Origin: Flavobacteriales bacterium | Lineage (GTDB): Bacteria; Bacteroidota; Bacteroidia; NS11-12g; UBA955 | Direction: 5' to 3' | NCBI GenBank assembly: GCA_947463125.1 | Contig: CANHQZ010000008.1 | Coordinates: forward strand, 1,243-65,242 | DNA: 64,000 bases | Shown here: one piece after another, positions 9,985 through 18,473 of the stretch | Layout: the number at the start of each line of letters is the position of its first letter | Numbering within the stretch: position 1 is the first letter of the stretch | Notes under the pieces: generated by a model | What the model was told of the DNA's origin: nothing | Databases searched by the model: none | The model's input: the letters and a program-made list of their open reading frames with translations, nothing else | Translations under genes and position numbers: made by a program

Positions 9985-10833
9985 TTACCTGCAAATTAAG
10001 GGTGTAAAACGATAAGATGCCGTAAATCCGATGAAATAAAACCAATCGTTGAAATGTTTGTCACCACGCATGGTACCCGCCGGTGTAAAAGGCTGTCCAT
10101 TCAGGGTTTGGGCATGGCTATACTGTGCCGAGGCGAGGCCTTGCTTATCGACCATGGTTTTATAATCGGGATACAATCCGCCCACGTCATCGAGATAATC
10201 GGTAAAGGTTTTGCGCCAGCAGCCTTCAACGCCTAAAATCCACACGCCACGGTTGCGTTTGGGATTCAGCATGGTTTTTAGGCCAAAACCAATGGGTATG
10301 GAGGGCTGCAGCCTAGAATAAGGCTTGCTTTGTCCTTCTGTTCTCAGTTTGCGGAGGTTAATATCTTTGTTCTCCAGACGGGAAGGATCAAACACAAAGA
10401 AGCTCAAACCAGAGTAAAAGTATGGTGTCCAGCGCTCATCATTAACGTTGGTACCGAAGGCCTGGAAGTTAAACTCAAAGGTGCTGCTCAGTTCCCAGAT
10501 ATCAGACTGAAAGGTGAAATTGCGGTTGGAATAGGCCTTTACACCTTCATCAGAGCCACTTATTTTCAAATAAGAAAGCTGATTTCTCCAGGAAAAATAA
10601 CTGCTGAGATTGTACCTGCTAAACAGCATTCCTGAAGGATGAAAATGCTTGAGGAAAGTGCCGTGTTCCAAATCGCCGTGGTAGTTTGAAACACCCGCTC
10701 CGAGCCCCATTTCGAATCTGCCGCTGAAATATTTCTGGCAAAATAAGGAGCTGCTCGCAAGGCATGCTGCGAAAAAGAATATGATTTTTTTTCTTCCAGC
10801 TTTAGAACTGGAAACAAACGGTCTTACCACCAA
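9985..10833 (-). CDS. DUF6089/PorG-like outer membrane beta-barrel protein (start uncertain)
   Basis: GVSNYHGDL, TEGQ, RKTFTDYLDDV and NDWFYFIG motifs; position upstream of uppS-bamA matches PorG-type genes. Confidence 0.75.
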   Translation of the reverse strand: MVVRPFVSSSKAGRKKIIFFFAACLASSSLFCQKYFSGRFEMGLGAGVSNYHGDLEHGTFLKHFHPSGMLFSRYNLSSYFSWRNQLSYLKISGSDEGVKAYSNRNFTFQSDIWELSSTFEFNFQAFGTNVNDERWTPYFYSGLSFFVFDPSRLENKDINLRKLRTEGQSKPYSRLQPSIPIGFGLKTMLNPKRNRGVWILGVEGCWRKTFTDYLDDVGGLYPDYKTMVDKQGLASAQYSHAQTLNGQPFTPAGTMRGDKHFNDWFYFIGFTASYRFTPLICR

Positions 10834-11716
10834 CGATTTTTCTTGTAATGGTAAAGTTTAGAAACATATACCAGTCTTTATTGGCCGAATTTCCACGGCC
10901 AAGGCCATTGTCAAAATTCTGATAACCCAGTTCCGGACCCCTGTCTTTCAGGGCTGCAGCCAGTGCTCCGCTGTTGCCACCCACAATCTGATTATCTACG
11001 TAGTCCAGGCTCACATCATCCAGGTAATCGGTGAAAGTTTTGCGAACGCCCAGTTCCACACCCCAGGCCCAGATACCGTTAAACTGCTGCTTATAACCCA
11101 TACCAATCGGAATGCTTATCTGGGTAAGGGCATAACGGCGTCTGTCATTAAATTTGGTTGTTTCCTGTCCCTCGGTTCCCAGCGGCTGTAATTCTATCCA
11201 CTGGTTATCGTATTTCTGAAGGTCAGAGCCGTGCAAAGCTTTGCCATTCGGATCGGTAGGCATGTAATTAAAGAGGGTTTTGGGATTGAACTTAAACACG
11301 GCAACCCCACCGAACAGATATGGCGAATGCGGATTGAAAGTTTGGGTTTCACCAAATCCCCTAAAGTTCCACTCGATAGTTCCTCCAAACTCAACAATAT
11401 TGCTTTTGAAATTCAGGTTGCGCTGTTTGCGGAATGCATCCACATCCGCATAATTTTTGTCATCAGCACTGATTTGGCCGAACAGAGCGTTGCCGCGCAG
11501 TGTAACCCAGTCCGACAGGTTAAAACGACAAATCAGCCCACCCATGGGATTAAACTCCTGCACCGCCACCGACTTGGACAAATCGCCCATGTAGTTGGCT
11601 GCGCCAAGGGTTACACCAAACTCAATGGGCTTGCCCTTGAATAGCTTTTTCTGGGCCTGCGCAGGCGCAAGCAACACGAAAAGGGTGCAAAAAGAAATGA
11701 TTCTGGCTGTTCTCAT
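10802..11716 (-). CDS. DUF6089/PorG-like outer membrane beta-barrel protein (paralogue)
   Basis: GAANYMGDL, GTEGQ, RKTFTDYLDDV and NKDWYMF motifs; signal peptide. Confidence 0.8.
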   Translation of the reverse strand: MRTARIISFCTLFVLLAPAQAQKKLFKGKPIEFGVTLGAANYMGDLSKSVAVQEFNPMGGLICRFNLSDWVTLRGNALFGQISADDKNYADVDAFRKQRNLNFKSNIVEFGGTIEWNFRGFGETQTFNPHSPYLFGGVAVFKFNPKTLFNYMPTDPNGKALHGSDLQKYDNQWIELQPLGTEGQETTKFNDRRRYALTQISIPIGMGYKQQFNGIWAWGVELGVRKTFTDYLDDVSLDYVDNQIVGGNSGALAAALKDRGPELGYQNFDNGLGRGNSANKDWYMFLNFTITRKIVGGKTVCFQF

Positions 11717-11786
11717 GACCGCTGTTAAAAGGCAAATATAATACTTGGCAATGATTTACCTTGATAACAATAACGAAAAATAGCAA

Positions 11787-12596
11787 TTATTCGTTTGCGG
11801 GCGGTGATGGCTTTACCACAAAATACACGCCCATAGTCACAAAATCCCGCAGCCACGGAATGGACGCGATAATGGCGTTTTGCCTGCGTGGCTTAATACC
11901 AAACTTGTATTCATACACCGGATTGAAAAGGTAAAAACGGCGGGCATGTTCCTTAAAACACGCTTTTTTGCAGATACGCAAAAACCGGTTGATCGAAATA
12001 CCGGTAGCGCGGATTTCCTTCATGGTTCTGATACCGGACGCATTCACACCGAACAGCTTTAGCGCAAGCGGATAGAGAGGACCGGGCAGCAAATGGTACC
12101 AGGGCATCCGTGATGCCAGCTTGCCCGGCAGCACCTGCTGATGGCCGCCAAAAGGCATGCACCATGGCGGAAATGCAAAGAAGACGCTTCCGCCGGGTGC
12201 CAGAAATTTATGAAGTTGGGGCATAAACTTTTCCTGGTTAGGAATATGCTCAATCACATCTTTCAATATGACCAGATCAAAGGTGGCTCCGATGTCCTTT
12301 TCCACGTCCACATCATAAATATCCTTGTTCAGAAATGCGACTTTACCTGACTGCAATTCGGGCTGCATAAATTGCCTTGCATATTCAAGCCGGGATTCCT
12401 CCAGCTCGATGCCAAAAGCCGTGCAGCCCAGATCGGTAAATGCTTTCAGCACGCCTGCTTCACCACAGCCGATTTCCAGCACACGCATGCCTTCCCGGAA
12501 GACACCATGCTCCTTTAAAAACGGTATCACATGAAATTCGGTAACCTTGCGGGTAAGTTCAAAATAGCGCGATTTATCACCGTGAAACTCATACAT
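11787..12596 (-). CDS. Class I SAM-dependent methyltransferase
   Basis: VLEIGCGEAG motif I, FDLVILKDVIEHI and FPPW.MPFGGH. Confidence 0.9.
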   Translation of the reverse strand: MYEFHGDKSRYFELTRKVTEFHVIPFLKEHGVFREGMRVLEIGCGEAGVLKAFTDLGCTAFGIELEESRLEYARQFMQPELQSGKVAFLNKDIYDVDVEKDIGATFDLVILKDVIEHIPNQEKFMPQLHKFLAPGGSVFFAFPPWCMPFGGHQQVLPGKLASRMPWYHLLPGPLYPLALKLFGVNASGIRTMKEIRATGISINRFLRICKKACFKEHARRFYLFNPVYEYKFGIKPRRQNAIIASIPWLRDFVTMGVYFVVKPSPPANE

Positions 12597-12711
12597 GCTG
12601 CCGCAAAGAAAACCACAAACAACGGATTGGGCAATACATAAGTTTTAGAACAGAAACAAAGCCTGATTGTCTCATTAAACTTTTTGGCCGAACTTGCGTC
12701 TATCTATTTGT

Positions 12712-13998
12712 ATGCGCAAACTAATATTCGCTTTTGTATTGCTATCGTTTACCTTCAATGCAAGCGGACAAAACACCTACTATCCGCCCATCAGCCAAAC
12801 GGCTTTCTGGGACACCCTTTCGCCCAAATCACAAGGCTGGTGCAATGACAGTATCAACAGTCTGTATCAATACCTGGCCAAAGAAAACTCCAAAGCATTT
12901 ATTTTGCTGGTTGACGGTAAAATTGTGCTGGAAAAATATTTCGGCACCTTTACCCAGGACAGCATCTGGTATTGGGCGTCGGCAGGAAAAACCCTCACTG
13001 CTTTTCTGGTGGGAAAAGCCCGGGATGAGGGCAAACTGGCACTGACCGACAAAACTTCCGATTACCTTGGCAGCGGCTGGAGCAGCCTAACGCAGGCACA
13101 GGAAGATGCCATTACCGTGCGGCATCAGTTCACCATGACCACAGGGCTTGATGACGGCGTTCCGGATCTTTATTGCACCCTAAAATCCTGCCTGCAGTAC
13201 AAAGCAGCACCCGGCACCCGCTGGGCTTATCACAACGCACCTTACACCTTGCTGGACAAAGTGATAGAAACCGCTACAGGTTCCACCATGAATTTATACA
13301 CCCAGCAATCCTTATCATCCAAAACCGGCATCAATGGTCTATGGTTTAAATCGGGATACAACAATGTATTTGCCAGCAAAGCACGCAACTTTGCCCGGTG
13401 GGGTTTGCTCGCGCAAAACGGCTTTAAATGGAATGGCGTTCAGCTGATCGATACCGGCTACGCCAGACAATCGGTGAATACCTCCCAAAACCTAAACCTC
13501 AGTTACGGCTACCTATGGTGGCTGAATGGGAAAAAGTCGTTTATGGTGCCCACATTACAAACGGTTTTCCCGGGCAGTTTTATTCCCAATGCACCGGCTG
13601 ATATGTTCGCTGCCATTGGCAGCAAAGGACAGATAGCCAGCATTTCGCCTTCGCGAAAAATCGTATGGATTCGCATGGGTGAGAACCCAACCGGACAACT
13701 TAGCGATGTGCCCTTTTTACTGGCCGATAAAGTTTGGAGGCGCATCAACACCCTTACCTGCAATAGCACAGCCACACATGACGTACAACCCAAACAAACG
13801 GGGATATACCCAAATCCTGCTGCGGACCGCCTGTTTGTTTACAATGCAGGGACCTATCAGGTGCTGGAATTAACCGGAAAAACACTGCAATCAGGCTATG
13901 CGGATAGCCACAATGGCATTGACATCAGCGGTCTGAAGCCCGGAGTTTATCTGTTGAACGGACCAAAGGGCTCTTTCCGCTTCGTGAAACAGCCTTAA
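12712..13998 (+). CDS. Serine hydrolase (beta-lactamase class C-like) with T9SS C-terminal domain
   Basis: WASAGKT (SxxK), WAYHN (YxN), YGYLWWLN; C-terminal IYPNPA...LKPGVYLL...FVKQ. Start moved to ATG 12712. Confidence 0.9.
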   Translation: MRKLIFAFVLLSFTFNASGQNTYYPPISQTAFWDTLSPKSQGWCNDSINSLYQYLAKENSKAFILLVDGKIVLEKYFGTFTQDSIWYWASAGKTLTAFLVGKARDEGKLALTDKTSDYLGSGWSSLTQAQEDAITVRHQFTMTTGLDDGVPDLYCTLKSCLQYKAAPGTRWAYHNAPYTLLDKVIETATGSTMNLYTQQSLSSKTGINGLWFKSGYNNVFASKARNFARWGLLAQNGFKWNGVQLIDTGYARQSVNTSQNLNLSYGYLWWLNGKKSFMVPTLQTVFPGSFIPNAPADMFAAIGSKGQIASISPSRKIVWIRMGENPTGQLSDVPFLLADKVWRRINTLTCNSTATHDVQPKQTGIYPNPAADRLFVYNAGTYQVLELTGKTLQSGYADSHNGIDISGLKPGVYLLNGPKGSFRFVKQP

Positions 13999-14735
13999 AG
14001 CTTGCTTTTAATGGCCGCTCTCAGCGCATCTGATTCGATGTAGCCGCTTTGCTGCCATAGGGATTTGCCGTTTTTGTACAAAAACAGGTAGGGCACATTG
14101 TCAAGTGACAGTTCCTTCACCAGGCGTGGATTGTCGTCATAGTTGATTTTTACTACCTTCAATTTACCTGTATATTCTTTCTCAATTTCAGGTAAATAGG
14201 CCATGATTTTCCTGCAGGGAGCGCACCACTTAGCCCAGAAATCTACCAGCACGAGGGTGTCTTTGATGCCGGTCATCATGGCTTCAAATTCGGCTTTTTT
14301 CATGCCTTTCTCTGCGGCTCCTGCAGGGCTCTCCACGGCACGGTTTTCGTAGGTCCAGCGGCTCATGCCTCCTTCCAAATTATAAACGGCAGGAAATCCC
14401 ATGTCTTTCAGTATCTCTGCGGCCCTGGCGCTGCGTCCGCCGGCCAGGCAATACACAAATACGGGCTGGGTGGTATCCAGCTGCTTGAGGCGATCGCCGA
14501 AGGAAGGATCATTCACATCCATATTGATGGCGCCTTGCAGATGTCCGCCGTTAAACTCTTCATCGGTGCGCACATCCAGCACAATTTTGGCTGGCGTATT
14601 TTTCATACTGCTTTCAAAAGCTGCTGTCGTGAGGTTTTCCACCGCTACCGACTTACCCCCGGTTTTGGCAGGCTGCTGCGAACAGGCACCCACAGCCAGA
14701 AAAACAAGGGCCGAGAACATCATTGTTTTCATCAT
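13995..14735 (-). CDS. Rhodanese-thioredoxin fusion lipoprotein
   Basis: Lipobox VGAC; rhodanese LDVRT.EEF..GHL.GA and YCLAGGRS; thioredoxin VDFWAKWCAPC. Confidence 0.88.
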   Translation of the reverse strand: MMKTMMFSALVFLAVGACSQQPAKTGGKSVAVENLTTAAFESSMKNTPAKIVLDVRTDEEFNGGHLQGAINMDVNDPSFGDRLKQLDTTQPVFVYCLAGGRSARAAEILKDMGFPAVYNLEGGMSRWTYENRAVESPAGAAEKGMKKAEFEAMMTGIKDTLVLVDFWAKWCAPCRKIMAYLPEIEKEYTGKLKVVKINYDDNPRLVKELSLDNVPYLFLYKNGKSLWQQSGYIESDALRAAIKSKL

Positions 14736-14863
14736 GCGGCAAAGTTGCAGCAAATATTTTGGCCGGAAGGTGATTTAGGTTGCAAAAAAATTTTACTTTT
14801 TTTAAAACAATTACAAACCGTGGTGGTTTATTGTGTGGGGTAGATTAAGTTTTCATAGCAGAT

Positions 14864-14888
14864 AAAGTCCGGGCTTGTCCCGGATTTT
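14864..14888 (-). terminator. Intrinsic terminator downstream of dut
   Basis: On the minus strand: AAAATCCGGG-ACAAG-CCCGGACTTT. Confidence 0.65.
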
Positions 14889-14908
14889 GTCTTTTTACAG
14901 GGTTCTGT

Positions 14909-15343
14909 TTATTTGCCGCTGCTACCGTATCCGCCTGCACCGCGGGCAGTTTCGGTAAGTTGTTCGGCCACCATCCATTTCACCGTTTCATGGCGCGCCA
15001 CCACCATTTGGGCAATACGTTCGCCATTGGCTATTTCAAAAGGCTCCTGACCCAAATTAATAAGCAGCACCTTGATTTCACCGCGGTAATCCGCATCGAT
15101 GGTGCCGGGTGAGTTGAGCACGGTAATACCGTGTTTCAGGGCAAGTCCGCTGCGCGGCCTGATTTGTGCTTCATAACCTTCGGGCAGTTCTACAATCAAG
15201 CCGGTAGGAATCAGTTTTCTTTCACCGGGAGCTATAACTATGGGTTCAATAAGGCTGGCATGCAAATCCATACCCGCGCTGTGGCTGGTTTGGTATTGCG
15301 GCAAAGGGTTGCCTGATTCATTGATGATTTTTACGAGCAGCAT
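14909..15343 (-). CDS. dut: dUTP diphosphatase (trimeric dUTPase)
   Basis: [30 protein letters not shown] and [10 protein letters not shown] motifs. Start moved to ATG 15343. Confidence 0.97.
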   Translation of the reverse strand: MLLVKIINESGNPLPQYQTSHSAGMDLHASLIEPIVIAPGERKLIPTGLIVELPEGYEAQIRPRSGLALKHGITVLNSPGTIDADYRGEIKVLLINLGQEPFEIANGERIAQMVVARHETVKWMVAEQLTETARGAGGYGSSGK

Positions 15344-16802
15344 TCCTGGGAGCCTCTGCCAGCCATACGGCAAGCAGGTAAGCGGGGATGGTTAGATATG
15401 CAATATAGGGAATTATTTCCTGATATACAAGTGACATGTACCCCAGAACGGCCGCAAACAGCATAATGCTGACCAATGTCATGCTTTTGTATGGAATGGG
15501 ATAGTGTCGCTGCCCCCAGAAATAACCCAGCAACACCATGCCACCGTAGGCCGCCAGGGTGGTCCATGCGCTGCTTACAAAGGAATACTGCGGTATGAAA
15601 ATGCCGTTCCCAAGCAGGGTAATGGCCGCACCGAACAAGGCAGTGTAGGCACCCAACATGGTTTTGTTACTGAGTTTGTACCAGATGCTGAGGTTGTAGT
15701 ATATACCCAGCAACCAGTTGGCCATCAGCAATACAGGCACAACCTGCATACCGCGAACATCGGCAAAATACATGTGCTTGCGGATGAGCAGTGGCGCCAG
15801 CCAAGGCAAACAGGCGATGGTACACACATAAATAAAGCCACATACATACACGAAGATGGTCATGACCTGCGCATACGTTTGAGGTGCCTTGTCGCTCTCG
15901 GCCTGTTTGAAGAAAAAAGGTTCCGCTGCAAAGCGAAATGCCTGCACAAACAAAGTCATTACCATACTAAGCTTGTAGAAAGCGCCGTATATACCGGCAG
16001 CATAATCGCCCTGGCCGTCGGGTAACATTTGCTTCAGCAAAATGCGGTCGAGGGTTTCGTTGATCATGCCGGCCAGCCCTACAATCACCATGGGCAAACT
16101 GTACACCAGCAATTTTTTGAAAAGGCTAAAATCAAAGCCCCATTTCAGGTTAATCCACACACGGCCCAGCAAAGGCAGGGTTACAAGCGAAGCCACCAGG
16201 TTGCTGAGAAAAATGTATTCCAGTAACCGCGAAGGATCGTAAACCGAATTGACCCAGGTATAACCTTTGGAAAGCAAGAGCGGACAACCCCACAGAAAAA
16301 ACAGGTTCAGACCCACATTCACGGCAATGTTGATGGAACGCACCAACACAAAGCGCCAGGGCCTTTCAGTAAACCTGAGCCAGGCAAAGCCCAGCGAGGA
16401 TAGGGCATCAGCGGCCAGAATGGCTGTGAACCAAATGGCATAATGCGGTTTGGAAGGATAGCCTGCCATTTGCATCAGCCCCTCCGAATACAAGTTGCCC
16501 AGCAAAATCCACAGAAAGCCTGTAAACAACAGAGCTATTACCGCGGTAGAAAAAACCTTCTCGGGTTTGTATTCCTCTTTTTTGCGGGCAAAATTGAAGA
16601 ACCCGGTTTCCAGACCCAAAGCAGCAATGACAGCAATAAAAGAAGCGTAGCTGAACATCACATTTACCTGCCCGTATTCATCCACCTTACCAAGGGTGGC
16701 TGTATAAAGCGGCACAAGCAGAAAATTCAACAGCCTGCCCACCATGGTTGTTAAACCATAGATGGCGGTTTGCGATGCCAGTTTTTTAATGAGCGGATTG
16801 AT
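15318..16802 (-). CDS. Polysaccharide flippase (Wzx/MATE-like superfamily)
   Basis: 12 or more TM helices; [13 protein letters not shown] and [12 protein letters not shown]. The frame stays open upstream of ATG 16745 through [16 protein letters not shown], so the true start is probably a non-AUG codon at about 16790-16805. Confidence 0.85.
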   Translation of the reverse strand: MNPLIKKLASQTAIYGLTTMVGRLLNFLLVPLYTATLGKVDEYGQVNVMFSYASFIAVIAALGLETGFFNFARKKEEYKPEKVFSTAVIALLFTGFLWILLGNLYSEGLMQMAGYPSKPHYAIWFTAILAADALSSLGFAWLRFTERPWRFVLVRSINIAVNVGLNLFFLWGCPLLLSKGYTWVNSVYDPSRLLEYIFLSNLVASLVTLPLLGRVWINLKWGFDFSLFKKLLVYSLPMVIVGLAGMINETLDRILLKQMLPDGQGDYAAGIYGAFYKLSMVMTLFVQAFRFAAEPFFFKQAESDKAPQTYAQVMTIFVYVCGFIYVCTIACLPWLAPLLIRKHMYFADVRGMQVVPVLLMANWLLGIYYNLSIWYKLSNKTMLGAYTALFGAAITLLGNGIFIPQYSFVSSAWTTLAAYGGMVLLGYFWGQRHYPIPYKSMTLVSIMLFAAVLGYMSLVYQEIIPYIAYLTIPAYLLAVWLAEAPRNAARKNHQ

Positions 16803-16857
16803 GATGCAAATATTTTTATATTATCGTAATATTACGATTTAGCTTTACAGTAGGATT

Positions 16858-17331
16858 TTACAGCCTGTTCTTTAGTATATTAAATGTGCGCTGTACACGG
16901 TTATCGTGCAAAATAGTAAGTTGATAATTTCCGGGGACAGAGGAAGCCATGTTTAATGTGCCTTTACCATTTTTTAGTTTGCCTTTCTGCACCATTTTGC
17001 CCGTGGCATCCCGCAATTCATAGCGAAGGTTTCCGGCATTTCCTGCATCAATCTGCAAAAGATCGGTAGCGGGATTTGGATATACTTTTATTGGATAGCC
17101 GTAAACGATCTGCGCTGTACCTGTGGGGGTAACCACATAGGCCTGCTGCACCCCTGCACTGCTGCTGCCTCCTGTTCCGTCAGACACGGTAAATGTGGAT
17201 TGACCCGTCGTGAAAGTGACTACACCCCCGGCACCCGTGGCCGTGCCACCACCCGAATTAATGGATTCCTGGGCTGTGAGCAGGTTTGCGAAAATTAAAA
17301 ACAGCATGATTAAGACTATGCGGTATCTCAT
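16858..17331 (-). CDS. Small T9SS type A sorting domain-containing protein
   Basis: Signal peptide, Gly-rich SGGGTATGAGG...GVQQAY region, then VYPNPATD...GNYQLTI...FNILKN. Confidence 0.85.
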   Translation of the reverse strand: MRYRIVLIMLFLIFANLLTAQESINSGGGTATGAGGVVTFTTGQSTFTVSDGTGGSSSAGVQQAYVVTPTGTAQIVYGYPIKVYPNPATDLLQIDAGNAGNLRYELRDATGKMVQKGKLKNGKGTLNMASSVPGNYQLTILHDNRVQRTFNILKNRL

Positions 17332-17399
17332 GGTTATTCAAATAAAATGCTTTTTATCCAAAAACAGAAAATGCGGCGCTATATTGCTTCAGTATTTCC

Positions 17400-18473
17400 A
17401 TGAACACATTGTTTTTTCGATGTATTTTGTTGCTGACAGGATGGATGTTTTCAACAGGTCTGTTCGCATCCGGGCAGAATTTGCGCCTTATTGTGCGGCT
17501 GGACGACTGCTATTTGTCCGGCGATCCGAAAACGGAGAGAATAATTCAACTATTCACCAAATACAAAACACCCATCAATGTCGGTATTATACCTTACAGG
17601 AATGAGGATGATACGCTCAATCCGATGTACCTGAATCCATACACGGAAATTTTCGTTCACGGCTACAGGCATAAGAAAGAAGGCACCGATGAGTTTTCAG
17701 GTCTGTCCTACCAAAAACAATGGGAAAAAATTCAGCGCGGTAAGCTGATGCTGGAATCGAAAGGCATTTATCCTTGTTGCTTTGCACCGCCCTGGAACAG
17801 CTATGATGAGATTACATTAAGTGTGTTGAAAGATGTGGGTTTTTTGGTTATTTCCGGTAATGAATTTGGTCCTAAAAACAATCTCAGTATAAAATATATA
17901 CCTTCAACCTGTTATTCAGTTAAAGATGCTTTGCATTTAATTCAAAAAGGTTCCATATTTAATGGCATAGTTGTATTGCTGATTCATCCCTATGAGTTTA
18001 CATCAGAAAATGATTTTTTATTACTTGAAAAACTTATACTGAATATTCGTAATAACAAAATAAAAAACCTTTATTTTTCGAATCTTACCTCCCTTGATGA
18101 AAACATCACCGGTAAAAGACTTGAATACCATCATTACCCACTTTTATATTTATTAAGAAGTAACAATATGTTGGGTTTTAATAAAAATGTTTATTATGAA
18201 ATGGGTTTGCTAATATTTATAAATATAATAGAATGGTTTTTGCTGATAGCGGTCATCATTTATTTACACCTTAAAAAGCTTCTAAAATTAAAGTATTATC
18301 AAACTTTAATTGTTGGTGTTTTATTATTTATATTACTCCTGGTTTCTTATATAAATAAATACGATAGTTATCGCTGGGTTTTATTATGTAAAACCGCTGT
18401 TATTATCTTTTTTATCTGGCTTAATAACAGGTTAATGCTCAGAAAGCAACTCAAAGAAGCGCAGGCCAGGTAA
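17400..18473 (+). CDS. Polysaccharide deacetylase (NodB/DUF2334-like) with C-terminal membrane helices
   Basis: RLDD, HGYRH, FAPPWN and LIHP CE4-type motifs; three hydrophobic helices at the C-terminus; AT-rich. Confidence 0.75.
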   Translation: MNTLFFRCILLLTGWMFSTGLFASGQNLRLIVRLDDCYLSGDPKTERIIQLFTKYKTPINVGIIPYRNEDDTLNPMYLNPYTEIFVHGYRHKKEGTDEFSGLSYQKQWEKIQRGKLMLESKGIYPCCFAPPWNSYDEITLSVLKDVGFLVISGNEFGPKNNLSIKYIPSTCYSVKDALHLIQKGSIFNGIVVLLIHPYEFTSENDFLLLEKLILNIRNNKIKNLYFSNLTSLDENITGKRLEYHHYPLLYLLRSNNMLGFNKNVYYEMGLLIFINIIEWFLLIAVIIYLHLKKLLKLKYYQTLIVGVLLFILLLVSYINKYDSYRWVLLCKTAVIIFFIWLNNRLMLRKQLKEAQAR

